Of a DNA stretch of 64,000 nt, positions 32,956-43,798 are shown piece after piece (within the stretch, counting starts at the first letter, position 1; the number at the start of each line of letters is the position of its first letter). A program made the position numbers and the translations under genes. The stretch lies in the NCBI GenBank assembly GCA_963766075.1, contig CAVYAN010000010.1, forward strand, positions 45,611 to 109,610, read 5' to 3'. Under the pieces are notes generated by a model. That model was given only the letters and a program-made list of their open reading frames with translations, ran no database searches and was not told the DNA's origin. Origin of the DNA: an uncultured cyanobacterium. GTDB lineage: Bacteria; Cyanobacteriota; Cyanobacteriia; Leptolyngbyales; Leptolyngbyaceae.

Positions 32956-33867
32956 TCAGGGCATCCCTCCTTCAACATTCAAAGGACAAATATTGCGGAT
33001 ATCCCAGACGTAGATTTCTTGGCCCGTGTCGAGCCGTGCTTTCCAGGCGGTCATTCTTTGGCTGGGGTTGGGATGGGGATTGGGGATGGCGAGCAGGGTG
33101 GCGGGCTGCCAGGTGCTGATGGATTTGACCGTGACGCGATCGCCGATCTCAAATTCAGAGAAATCTCCTCTCCTTTCCAGTGGAGGTTCATCTGTAGACC
33201 GCTGTAGACCGTGTGTAGACATCGTGTCTACACACCACAAGCTTTGCTCTGAAAGGAATTCAGCATTTTCTAGAGACGCTATAGTCACTGTAGACACGAT
33301 TGGAAAAGGATCGAGCGCATCCAGGAATATCTCTCCTACCGGACTGTCCTGTGTAGCGGTGAGTAGACCGTCTGTAGACACTTGTAAGCTCTGTGCAATG
33401 GAGTATTCAGCGTTTTCTAGAGATGCTGTAGACGTTGTCGGCGCTGTAGATGCTAAATCAGTCGATGCCGTTAACAAACAGAATGAAAAGGCGGTCTTTT
33501 GGGAAGTGTAGGAAATCTTGTCTACAGTGTCTACCGTTTCCTGGAATCTCTTAGGTGTAGGGGTTTCAGCAGTAGATAACTCTTGTCTACAGATGTCTAC
33601 AGTGTCTGCGGTTTTAGTTCTAAATTTGAGTCGAATTCCGATTCCTTCCATTTCGCCATGCCCCATGCTAACTAGCTCTGAGAACATGTCACGGATTTGA
33701 TCTGGGAGAGTGGCTTTCAGCCCTCGAATGCCATTTTTGGTATCTCTAGCAGTAATCCAGCCTTTGCAATCGCTCAGTTCGATAATTTTTGCCAACAAGG
33801 GAGGTACTTCGCCTTGCATCTCATCCCCCCAACCATGAATCAGCCGCACCTGACCCAAACAAAACTT
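32956..33867 (-). pseudogene. 3' part of a plasmid/ICE primase-helicase-like (DUF3987-type) replication gene, 5' end lost at IS1
   Basis: GWITARD..IRDMFSELVSMGHG wHTH-like segment, low-complexity TVD/STA linker, SH3/KOW-like C-terminus; abuts the IS1 IR; family call is tentative. Confidence 0.5.
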
Positions 33868-34741
33868 GGTAGTGTTCTAGACATGGGGATTGATGCAGTC
33901 AAACTGCTCGTCCAAACTCATAGCGATTGACGAACAAACCAATCACGATGTCGTGCAGCCATTCAGATTTGGAGAAGCAGATCGTTTTGCGAGCTAATTG
34001 CTTAATTCGGGTTCGTAACGTTAAGTGTTTGCGCTCGATTTTTTGGGTATTCCACTTGCCAACGACGTGCTGGTCTTCATCCAACAAACGAGCCTATGCT
34101 CCCCAGCCTAAGCCTGCGGCACGCTCAGCGAACGGTGTAAAAAGTTTGAACGCCAAATGGCTCTAACAATGCCTTTAACTCGACCAATGCCTGAACTTTA
34201 TGATCTGCCAGCACATACGCCAACACTTGTCCGGTTTGATGATCAATTGCGTGCCATAACCAACGCTCCTGTTTTTTACACCGGACAAAACTCCACATCT
34301 CGTCTGCTTCAGCTTCCTCGACGTGTTTGGCAACGGTCACAGTCGTTGGCTTGAGTTGTTCCAACAAAGGACGGTTGCCCTGTTCAAGCTGACGACCTTT
34401 TTTTAATTCTTCAATCACGGTGGTGGGACTAATCTTGAGTACTCGTGCGGTATCGCGAACCCCGCTGCCGTTAAGCACCATCTCACGAATCTGTTGCTTC
34501 ACCGCTGGCAAGTAGCCTCGGTAGGAATACTCTAGAACAAAGCTATGACGCGTGCATTCAGGATTGCGGCATTTATGTCGCTGCTTACCTTCGGCGGTTT
34601 TGCCATGCTTGACGATATTCGGGCTGTCACAGGTGGGGCAATGTACAGGTTCAAGTACCATTGCTGTCGTTTAGGAATGATCTAACTGATTCAAGTAGTC
34701 CTATTTTCCCTGATCTCTATCCCCATGTCTAGAACACCACC
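33868..34741 (-). mobile_element. IS1-family IS, inactivated
   Basis: 23-bp IRs ggtagtgttctagacatggggat and atccccatgtctagaacaccacc (1 mismatch); CPTC, ADEMWSFV, WLWHAID, IERKHLTLRTRIK; the FYTDGW region is disrupted. Confidence 0.92.
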
Positions 34742-34944
34742 TTCTGATTTGAGACCACGAGACTCATTATAGACTTAATAAAAGACCAATTTGAGACTTA
34801 CAAGACAGTTATCGCTCTGGCAGCTCACCTCTCTTGGGGCCTTCACACGACTGTCTCATAAAAGAATTAGAGACTTAAAACTAGACTCGCAATGGGTCCA
34901 AAATGAGATGAATGAGACGGCAAATTGTTGGATAATCGTCTTAT

Positions 34945-35070
34945 ATAGAGATTGAGAGACTCTTTTATAGACTTATAAATAGACTAATGTGCACCTATCG
35001 AGACTGAAATAGAGATTGTAAGACTCTTCTCTGGACTTATAAATAGACCAATGTGCACCTATTGAGACTG
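34945..35070. repeat. Two 64-bp direct repeats within an AGAC-rich non-coding array
   Basis: atagagattg..agactc...gacttataaatagac.aatgtgcacctat.gagactg at 34945 and 35009. Confidence 0.85.
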
Positions 35071-35817
35071 GTCTTAAAATAATAAATCAAGACTCATTTT
35101 AAGTCTTTATACAAGTCTTATTTGAGATTAATGAGACAAAAAATAGTAAGGAAATTTTCAGGGCCAGAAAATAATATACTCGTTGGCGGAGCGGGGATGG
35201 AAATCGCTTTCTGTAGAGTAGTCAGCTAAGATTGCCTCCTTAGTTTATGGGGGTTTATGGGGTGCTGCGAATAGGATGGCGAGGGAGACGGGTTGGATCG
35301 GCGATCGGGGGATTGTCTCTTTTGAGAATTTGAGAATTTATATAAGACTAATTGTAAGACTTAAAAAAGATCGTGAGACAAGGGTGGCGCGGGGAGGTTA
35401 GGCGATCGCGGGTGGCAAGGAGAATGTGCCAAAATCGGGCGATCGCACCTTGGAGGGGCGTTTTTGAGGGGCTAAAATCTAGTCCAATTTTAGTCCACTT
35501 GATTTTTATATCAATTGAAAATCAGTCAAAACTCCTTTCATAATTGGTTTTCGAAAATACTTAACGCGCCTGATGCTTTGCGTATACCGCAGAAGTGCAA
35601 TCTGGATTTGGCTCACCCAGCACCCCTCTCAAGACAACCATTTTTCTCAAAGCTAACGGGATGTTAACCCCATCACAACCTTTTCTAAGCCAGAGGCTGA
35701 GAGAATTCGTAAGCAGCCTGAGTGTGATGTTTTTAACATTTTTGGTTACGGAGTCATGAAACACTGTCCGGTCGGCTGGGTTTTAGCGGGTGTCTATCGT
35801 TTATTCCTAGGGTTTGT

Positions 35818-36603
35818 ATGGCCTCTGTAGTGCAGATTGATTCCTCCTTGGCGCAAGCGTCGTCGTCCTCCCCATCTTCCCTGCAGCAAGTCTGCCAAGG
35901 GCAACTGTCCACCCCGGAACTGCTGCGCCTCCTCCAGCAATATCGCCTGCTGCCCCAACTGCTCCGGGAATTGGTCATTGACGCAGCGATCGCCCCCATC
36001 TCCTGTACCTTTGCAGAAACCGTAGAAGTCTGCAAACAGTTCTACGCCCAGCATCAAATCACCAATGATGCCGAGCGCGCTGTCTGGCTGGAACAAAATC
36101 AGCTCACCGCAGCCGATCTGGATCATCTAATGACGCGTAACCTACGCCTAGATCGCTACAAACAAGCCACCTGGGGTAGCAAACTCGAATCCTATTTTCT
36201 GCAGCGCAAAAAGCAGCTCGACCAAGTTATTTACTCCTTGCTGCGGGTAGAAGATCGGCACTTAGCCCAGGAACTCTACTTTCGGATTCAAGATGGCGAG
36301 CAAACCTTTGCCGCAGTGGTGCGGGAATTTTCCCAGGGCCAAGAGGTCCAAACCGACGGCATGATTGGGCCGGCCACCTTGAATACTCCACACCCCGCGA
36401 TCGCCCAGCGTCTCGCCACTCTCCAACCCGGTGAGTTATCTCCCCCCTTCCAAGTCGGGCAATGGGTGGTGATCGTGCGATTAGAAAAATTGATCGCTGC
36501 CCAATTCGATCAAGCCATGCAGCAGCGCTTACTCACCGAATTATTTGAGCAGTGGGTCCAAACAGAAGTCACCTTAGCCAGCCAGCGGTCACGTCTAATA
36601 TGA
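35818..36603 (+). CDS. PpiC/parvulin-type peptidyl-prolyl isomerase linked to type I secretion
   Basis: LDQVIYSLLRV..LAQELYFRI..F....EFSQG, WVVIVRLEK. Confidence 0.85.
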   Translation: MASVVQIDSSLAQASSSSPSSLQQVCQGQLSTPELLRLLQQYRLLPQLLRELVIDAAIAPISCTFAETVEVCKQFYAQHQITNDAERAVWLEQNQLTAADLDHLMTRNLRLDRYKQATWGSKLESYFLQRKKQLDQVIYSLLRVEDRHLAQELYFRIQDGEQTFAAVVREFSQGQEVQTDGMIGPATLNTPHPAIAQRLATLQPGELSPPFQVGQWVVIVRLEKLIAAQFDQAMQQRLLTELFEQWVQTEVTLASQRSRLI

Positions 36604-39600
36604 CCTACACCCAAATCAACGCTGCCCTTTTCCTGGCAGACATCGCCCCATTTAATCAACTGTCCACCGCCGATCGGCAAGGTTGCCGATCGGTTGCAGC
36701 CCTACCGCTACCGCATTGGACAGCCAATTTTGGTACGGGACAGACTGCCTGCCCAAATCCACATTCTGTACGAAGGCACAGTCCGCCTGCTGGGATACGA
36801 CCCCGCCCACCCCACCCCGATCACACTCCAGCGCCTTGCCCCGGGAGCCGTTCTCGGTGCAGTGGGCTGGGTGCGCAGTGTCCCCTGTGAGGCCGCGATC
36901 GCCGCCACAGAATCGATCTGCCTCAGTCTCAATGCACCAGACTTTCTGGACTGGCTTAGCCACCATCCCGAAATTGCGGCCAGCTTCCAAGTCCCCAACC
37001 TGATCGAAGTCTTTGATATCGCAGGCCGAGAACTGCACCGCCGCGCCGATCGCACCCACCTGTTGCAAGCCCACAGCGTCACCAACCTCAAGGACTTCGC
37101 CAGCCTGATCGCCCTCCCATCAGCCCGCATCGCCCCAGCAGACAAGCCCCTCTTCCCCGATTGGGACTGGTTTGTCAGTGGGGGGCCCGATGTGTCTACC
37201 GGGCAAGTGGGCGATCGCTACTCCTCTTCTCTCGCCGAACCCACGCTGCGACTGCTGGGCTTCCCGCGATCGCTATTTGCCCCCAGCGCTGCCAATCCAG
37301 CGCCCAGCACTCCAATATCGGTACCCATTCCACCCATCCACCCAATCCCCGACGCCCCCGCCACCCCACCCGAAGCCGAAACCCCACTATCCCGTCAACC
37401 GGCTCAAAAATACCCCCACATCAAGGGACACGGTCCAGTGGAAGCCGCCGTGGCCAGCTTTCACATGCTGGCACAGCACCACAGCCTACCGTTCCGGCGG
37501 GACATGGTGCGCAAGGTCATCCTTACCCAACAGCAGCGGACTGGATCGATTTCCCTCCAGTTCTGCGGAGCCGTAGCCGAATTGATGGGCCTACAGGCCC
37601 AGTTGGTCACAGTCCCGCTGGAGGCGATCGGTCGCTTGCCCCTGCCCGCCCTGATTCGCTATGCGGACGGGCCAGTAGTCCTGTATGAGGCCAATACCAA
37701 GCAGGCCGTGCTCGGGGTACCGGAGATGGGGATCGTGAAGCGGGCGATCGCAGATTTGCTCCCGCCAGAAGCTCAGGATGATCGCCCCCCTGGCACAGAC
37801 ACTGATCCCAATGCTGGCGAGGGCACCATCGCCGCCCTCCTGCTGCAACCCACGCGGGATACTCCCCAGCAAACCTTTGGCCTCAGTTGGTTTCTCCCCT
37901 CCCTGTACAAATATCGCCGCATTTTGGTGGAAGTGTTCATCGCCTCCTTTTTTGTGCAGTTGTTTGGGTTAGCCAATCCCCTCATTACCCAAGTCATCAT
38001 CGACAAAGTACTGGTGCAAAACAGTCCGAATACCCTGCAAATCCTGGGGGTATTTCTAATTGTGATTGCCCTGTTTGAAGCCGTACTGACCAGCTTGCGG
38101 ACCTACTTGTTTGTCGATACGACCAATCGGATTGACCTGGCCCTCGGAGCCGAAATTATTGATCACTTGCTGCGGTTGCCATTGCGGTATTTTGAACGGC
38201 GGCCCGTGGGCGAACTGGCCACCCGCGTCAATGAATTAGAAAATATCCGTCAATTCCTCACCGGAACGGCCCTAACAGTAGTCTTGGATGCGGTCTTTTC
38301 CGTCATCTACATCGTGGTCATGTTCGTTTACAGTTGGTTGCTGACTATAGTGGCACTTGTAACCTTGCCACTGTTTGCGTTATTAACCACGATCGTGTCA
38401 CCCATTGTGCGTCGCCAGTTGCGGGTCAAGGCAGAACGCAATGCCGAGGCTCAGTCCCATTTAGTCGAGGTGCTGTCCGGTATTCAAACCGTTAAGGCCC
38501 AGAACATTGAAATGCGATCGCGTTGGAAATGGCAAGAGCGCTATGCCCGCTACGTCAGCGCCGGGTTCAAGACCACCCTCACCTTCACCGCCGCCAGTTC
38601 CACCAGCAACTTTTTGAATCAACTGTCCAGCTTATTGGTGCTGTGGGTGGGAGCCTACCTCGTGCTCCAGGGCCAGTTAACCCTGGGCCAATTGATTGCC
38701 TTCCGCATCATTGCCGGATATGTCACCAGTCCCCTGCTGCGGCTGACGCAACTCTGGCAAAATTTTCAGGAAACCGCCCTGTCTCTGGAGCGCCTCAGCG
38801 ACATTATTGACAGTCCCGTAGAAGCCGATGCCCTAGATCGATCCAACATCCCCATGCCGACTATTCAAGGTCATGTAGCCTATGAAAACGTCTCCTTCCG
38901 GTTCAATCCCGCCGGTCCCCTGCAGCTCAATAATGTTAGTGTGTCCTTCCCTGCTGGCCAGTTTGTGGCCATTGTCGGCCAAAGTGGTTCCGGGAAGAGT
39001 ACCCTCATGAAACTACTGCCCCGGCTATATCCCCTAGAGTCCGGTCGCATTCTCATTGATGGCTACGACATTAATAAAGTCGAGCTTTACTCCCTACGTC
39101 AACAAATCGGCATCGTTCCCCAGGACACTCTCTTATTTGAAGGCACGGTACAGGAAAACATAGCCCTGAATCATCCCGATGCCACCCCGGAAGAGATTAT
39201 TGCTGCTGCCAAAATCGCTGTGGCCCACGAGTTCATCATGGGCCTGCCCAATGGCTACAACACCCGTGTAGGAGAGCGAGGGGCTTCGTTATCGGGGGGC
39301 CAACGTCAACGGGTAGCGATCGCCCGCACCATTCTGCAAAATCCCAATCTATTGGTCATGGACGAAGCCACCAGCGCCCTTGACTACGACTCCGAGCGCC
39401 AAGTGTGTTTAAATTTGGCGGAAGCCTTCCGCGATCGCACCGTATTCTTCATCACGCATCGGCTCAGCACCATTCGCAACGCCGATCACATTTTGATGAT
39501 GGATCAAGGTTTAGTTGTGGAACAGGGCACCCACCCAGAATTAATGGCCCTCAAAGGTCGATATTTTTGTCTGTATCAGCAGCAAGAATCCCAGATGTAA
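36600..39600 (+). CDS. hlyB: Type I secretion ABC transporter (cNMP-like + C39-like + TMD + NBD), frameshifted near 36680
   Basis: GQSGSGKST, LSGGQRQR, MDEATSALD, LLRLPLRYFERRPVGEL; N-terminus MTYTQINAALFLADIAPF lies in another frame from ATG 36600. Confidence 0.88.
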
Positions 39601-39658
39601 CTGCTATCAACCGCGCCATTCAACCGCACCATTCAACCAATTGCATCAGGAGAAAAGC

Positions 39659-41210
39659 ATGGCATTGTCATGGGGAAAGAGGTCGTGGGAAAAGAGGCCC
39701 TGGGGAAAAGAGGCCCTGGGCAAAGGCCAGAAAAATAATCCGGTGCCATCACCACCGTTCGATCATCCCGTGATTTTGCAGCGATCGCCGATTGCCTCCC
39801 GATTGGTCATCTGGGGAATTGTTGGCTTCACCAGTGCAACGCTGATCTGGGCCAACTTTGCCAGAATAGATGAGGCCGTCCCCGCCACCGGAAACCTCAC
39901 CCCCCAAGGGGCCGTGCGGGCCGTGCAACTTCCCCTCAATGGCAAAGTTAAGGACGTCTTTGTCAAAGAGGGCCAGATCCGTAAAACAGGGCGATTTGCT
40001 ACTCACCTTGGATCAGTCCGCCGCCGAAGCCCAACTCACCGCACTCAAAAAAATTCGCGGGGCGATCGCCGCCGAAACCCAACTCTACCGACAAGTCATG
40101 GCAGGAACAACGGTCAGCTCTAATGCCGCCAGCCCCGACCCCGTCAGCCTCAACCCCATCACCCCCAATCCACTCCTCGATCTGACCAAAAGCCGATCGG
40201 CCCTGGCCACAGAAATGGAACTGTTTCGCGCCCAACTATCAGGAACAGCAACCGGAAAAACACTCTCTGCCGAACAGCAGTTGCGCGTACAGGCAAGCCA
40301 AGCAGAACAAGCCTCCCGCCAACAGTCCGCGCAACTGGATATTGCCCAATTAGAACGACAACTCGCCCAAGCCCAAGCAAAATTAACCAACGCCCAAGAC
40401 AACCTGCGGATCAATCAAGGCATCTATCAAGATTTAGCTCCCGTGGCCCAAGCTGGCGGACTCTCCAAGGTGCAGTACCTGAAGCAGCAGCAGGAAGTCA
40501 CCAATGGCCAAATGGTGGTGGAGCAAACGGTCCAGGAGGTGGCACGACTGCAACTCGCCATTGCCCAATCCCAACAACGCCTCAAAAATACCGTAGCCGG
40601 ATCAAACCAAGAAATTCTGACGCGCCTGGGTGAAACCGAAAAAAAGATTGCGGAAATCGACAGCCAGTTGAACAAAGCGATCGTCGAAAACGACAAAAAA
40701 CTTTCAGAAATCGACAGCCAAATCAGCCAAACTCAAGTAACTCTGCAATACCAGGAGCTTCGCGCCCCAGTGGATGGCGTCATTTTTGACCTCAAAGCCG
40801 CCAATCCCGGCTTTGTCGCCACCTCCACCGAGCCCGTGCTGAAGGTCGTGCCAGACAAGGCGCTGATGGTGGAAGTCTACATCACTAATAAAGACATTGG
40901 CTTCGTCAAGGTAGGCATGCCCGTAGACATTCGCGTCGATTCCTTCCCCTTTAGTGAATTTGGTGACATCAAAGGCGAATTAGTCGCCATTGGTTCTGAC
41001 GCTTTACCCCCCACACAGTTGCGTCCCTATTCCAGTTTCCCAGCCAAAATCAAACTGAATCAGCAAACCCTCACCGTGCGCGATCGCCCCGTGCCCCTAC
41101 AGTCTGGGATGTCGGTCAGTGTGAATATCAAAGTGCGCGATCGCACGATTATCAGCATCTTCACAGATGGCTTCCGTCAACACATTGATGATGTAAAAAC
41201 CATGCGATAA
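39659..41210 (+). CDS. hlyD: Type I secretion adaptor, frameshifted at ~39977
   Basis: FDHPVILQRS..W, VFVKEGQ|SVKQGDLL, RAPVDG, DIGFV, DSFPFSEFGDIKG. Confidence 0.88.
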
Positions 41211-41280
41211 GGAATGAGCCTTAAATAAGTTCCATGTCTTTTCCATATTTTTATAGAGGCCAAGTTATAGAGGCCAAGTT

Positions 41281-41444
41281 AGAGGATGTTTTAAAAGTCC
41301 TCGTGTCGGTAGCCAAGGTCTTGAATCCCCCTCAATCCCCCTTAAAAAGGGGGACTATGAGTCTGGTTCCCCCCTTTTTAAGGGGGGCTAGGGGGGATCG
41401 CGGAGTGCCTAAGGTCACAGTGAGACCCCTTTAAAACGCCCTCT
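41281..41444. mobile_element. MITE-like palindromic element
   Basis: Terminal IRs agaggatgttttaaaag and ctttaaaacgccctct; internal cccccttaaaaaggggg hairpins; a lone similar end sits at ~5901. Confidence 0.75.
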
Positions 41445-41578
41445 TATAGCGGCAAAGCAGTTGGCAGGGAGTCTCGGCAGTGTTTGTAAGGTCGGTCAAC
41501 ATTGAATCGCGGCGGGATTGAGCCGTGTGCAGTGCAGTACAGTGGGTGAATAGAGAGCAAATCATGGAGGGCGGCGGG

Positions 41579-42217
41579 ATGAGTCTGACACTGTATCTAC
41601 TCCGGCATGGTGAGACGGTTTACAGCCAAACGGGAGGCTACTGCGGCGAACTTGATCCGGACTTAACGGCGGATGGAGCCCAAATGGCCATGGACTTTGC
41701 CGCAGCGTATGACACGGTGCCGTGGCAGGCGGTTTACGTAAGCCCGATGCAGCGCACGATCGCCACAGCGACGCCCCTCTGCCAAGCTACGGGGATCAAC
41801 ATGGACCTGCGGGCGGGCTTAAAAGAACTCCGCTATGGTCTATGGGAAGGGCAAACCCTCGCCTGGGTGAAAGAAAACTATGCTGAGGACTATGTCCGCT
41901 GGCTGACTGAACCCGCCTGGAACCCGCCCACGGGCGGCGAAACTGCCGTGCAACTGGCCAGTCGCGCTGTGCCGGTGATTGCCGAAATTGAAGCTACTTT
42001 CCAGGAGGGCAATGTTTTGGTGGTGGCGCACAAGGCCACGATTCGGATTATTTTATGCAGTCTCCTGGGGATCGACCTGGGGCGTTACCGCGATCGCATC
42101 AATGTCTTAGTGGGCTCCGTCAGCGTGATTCGATTTGCAGACCACGGCCCGTTATTGGAGCGCTTGGGCGATCGCGCCCATCTAAGTCCGCGACTGCTCT
42201 CGCTTCCCGGCACCTAA
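41579..42217 (+). CDS. Histidine phosphatase (phosphoglycerate mutase family)
   Basis: LYLLRHGET, SPMQRT..TA, E..YGLWEG, VLVVAH. Confidence 0.9.
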   Translation: MSLTLYLLRHGETVYSQTGGYCGELDPDLTADGAQMAMDFAAAYDTVPWQAVYVSPMQRTIATATPLCQATGINMDLRAGLKELRYGLWEGQTLAWVKENYAEDYVRWLTEPAWNPPTGGETAVQLASRAVPVIAEIEATFQEGNVLVVAHKATIRIILCSLLGIDLGRYRDRINVLVGSVSVIRFADHGPLLERLGDRAHLSPRLLSLPGT

Positions 42218-42410
42218 ACCCCAAATTTCCCATCTTGTAGAAGCCGCCTCGATGGTCTCAAGGGGCTCGGGATCGGTACCCAAAGTGCTCCCTTCGACTC
42301 CGCTCAGGGAGCAACTTTCCGCTGGCTGAGCGGAGTCGTAGTTTGCTTCCCGCAGGGTAGCCAGCGGATCTATTACCCACTGGGTATATTATTTCTTGGA
42401 AATCGCCTTA

Positions 42411-42660
42411 GTGGACGAAGGATCACTCCTTGTGGACAAAGGATCACTCTTTGGTGGACGAAGGAACACTGCTTGTGGACGAAGGATCACTCCTTGTGGA
42501 CGAAGGATACTCCTCTTGTGGACGAAGGATCACTCCTTGTGGACGAAGGAATACTCCTTAGTGGACGAAGGATCGCTCCTTGTGGACGAAGGATCGCTCC
42601 TTGCGAATAAAGGATTGATCCTTGTGAACCAGGCGCCTCTTCTTTTGGGTGGACGAAGAG
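42411..42660. repeat. ~21-bp tandem array, consensus gtggacgaaggatcactcctt, about 9 good and 3 degenerate units
   Basis: Read directly from the sequence; no unique spacers. Confidence 0.95.
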
Positions 42661-42755
42661 GCGCTTTTTCGGAACTTAGCCACGTCGCCATGGCCCGATC
42701 GCCCCTGTGCCGCCATCGGCAAACCACCCGTTGCGATCGCCTGTCCGTCACTGCG

Positions 42756-43028
42756 TCACCGCGTCACCCCATCACCCCCGCCCGTGCCAATTCCCCGCGA
42801 GGCTACCCGAATAATCATGGAACTGGATTTGAGGGCGATGGCCTTGCTCCACTCGCTGGCTCCGATCACATTCACTTGATGCAGCAGGTTGATCATGGCG
42901 GTGACGGCGGGGCGGGAGCCGGTCAGGGTGAGGTTGACCCAGTCGGGGTCGCGCTGGGTGAGGGCAGTAATGAAATCGGCAGGCGCGTTTTCGCAGGTGT
43001 TTCCATCACTCATGGGTTGAGTGGTCAT
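42756..43028 (-). CDS. Small cyanobacterial hypothetical protein
   Basis: RBS aggaga; LTGS..AV..MINLLH......EWS pattern resembling small cyanobacterial accessory proteins. Confidence 0.55.
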   Translation of the reverse strand: MTTQPMSDGNTCENAPADFITALTQRDPDWVNLTLTGSRPAVTAMINLLHQVNVIGASEWSKAIALKSSSMIIRVASRGIGTGGGDGVTR

Positions 43029-43535
43029 GATTGGGTCTCCTTGTTTGTTTGCAGGGGAGGGAAACCCAAAAACCAAAGCCACCCCGATGCGTTGCAGAGC
43101 AGGGTGGCTTGTAAAATGTGACAAGCCGCCATGCTGGTAGTATCAGCTTGGGGGTTAGCGATCGCTCGGTGGTGCAAACACTGGGCGATTGCGTTTTATG
43201 GCAGAGGCTTTTGGGCGTCTGGGTGAGCGCAGTTGAACCTAGGCAACTCACCTTAACGCAAGAGAATACCGAATTGCGCTGCACTTTGCAAGTCCTATTT
43301 TGAGGCCATGGGCTAAATCACAAAATTCTACGGATCTCGTGCTGAAATTTCACTGCCCAGCGTCAAGGTGTCATTGGGCCCATATTTAGCATCGACAGGA
43401 GGTTTGACTATGTGCGGGGGACGAAGGGTGCGGGGGTGAATGGGGCCGGGATGAACTGAGCGATCGGTCTAGACGCCATATTTTTTATGAAGATTTGCCC
43501 GAGTTTTATGGCACATTTTCTAGCGCGACGATAGA

Positions 43536-43726
43536 ATTCTGTCTAAATCCTCTAGGTGGGGACATTAGACAGATCTGTGTCTGCCCTAATTGCCGTTTTG
43601 GGGATATAGCCAGACGCGATTCTGCCTATATGACCTTCTGGGGGTATATGGACAGACTGGATCTGCCTATATCCCCGAGTCGGGGGTGTTAGACAGATCG
43701 GATCTGTCTACAAACTAGTTAGGTGT
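43536..43726 (+). repeat. 41-bp-period palindromic array ending in an attI-like site (GTTAGGT at 43718)
   Basis: tctg(t/c)c(t/c) cores at 43538, 43580, 43621, 43662 and 43703; units read ggg..tagacagaNNNNatctgYcta. Confidence 0.75.
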
Positions 43727-43798
43727 CTGGAGCTTTTTGCCCGATCACTAGAGTCATATTCATGTAAGATTCGTGAAGGATTCGACGAGAAAATACTG

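Noticed and set aside
41234..41434. 66-aa ORF after hlyD
   Set aside because: Lies almost entirely within a MITE-like palindrome
42411..42660. CRISPR array
   Set aside because: Units are contiguous with no unique spacers, and there are no cas genes in the window
42396..43121. 241-aa ORF on the plus strand
   Set aside because: Open frame produced by the tandem repeat and the antisense of a more plausible minus-strand gene
43536..43717. CRISPR array
   Set aside because: The 41-bp period is too short for repeat plus spacer, the units are degenerate, and the adjacent attI/attC signals explain the locus better
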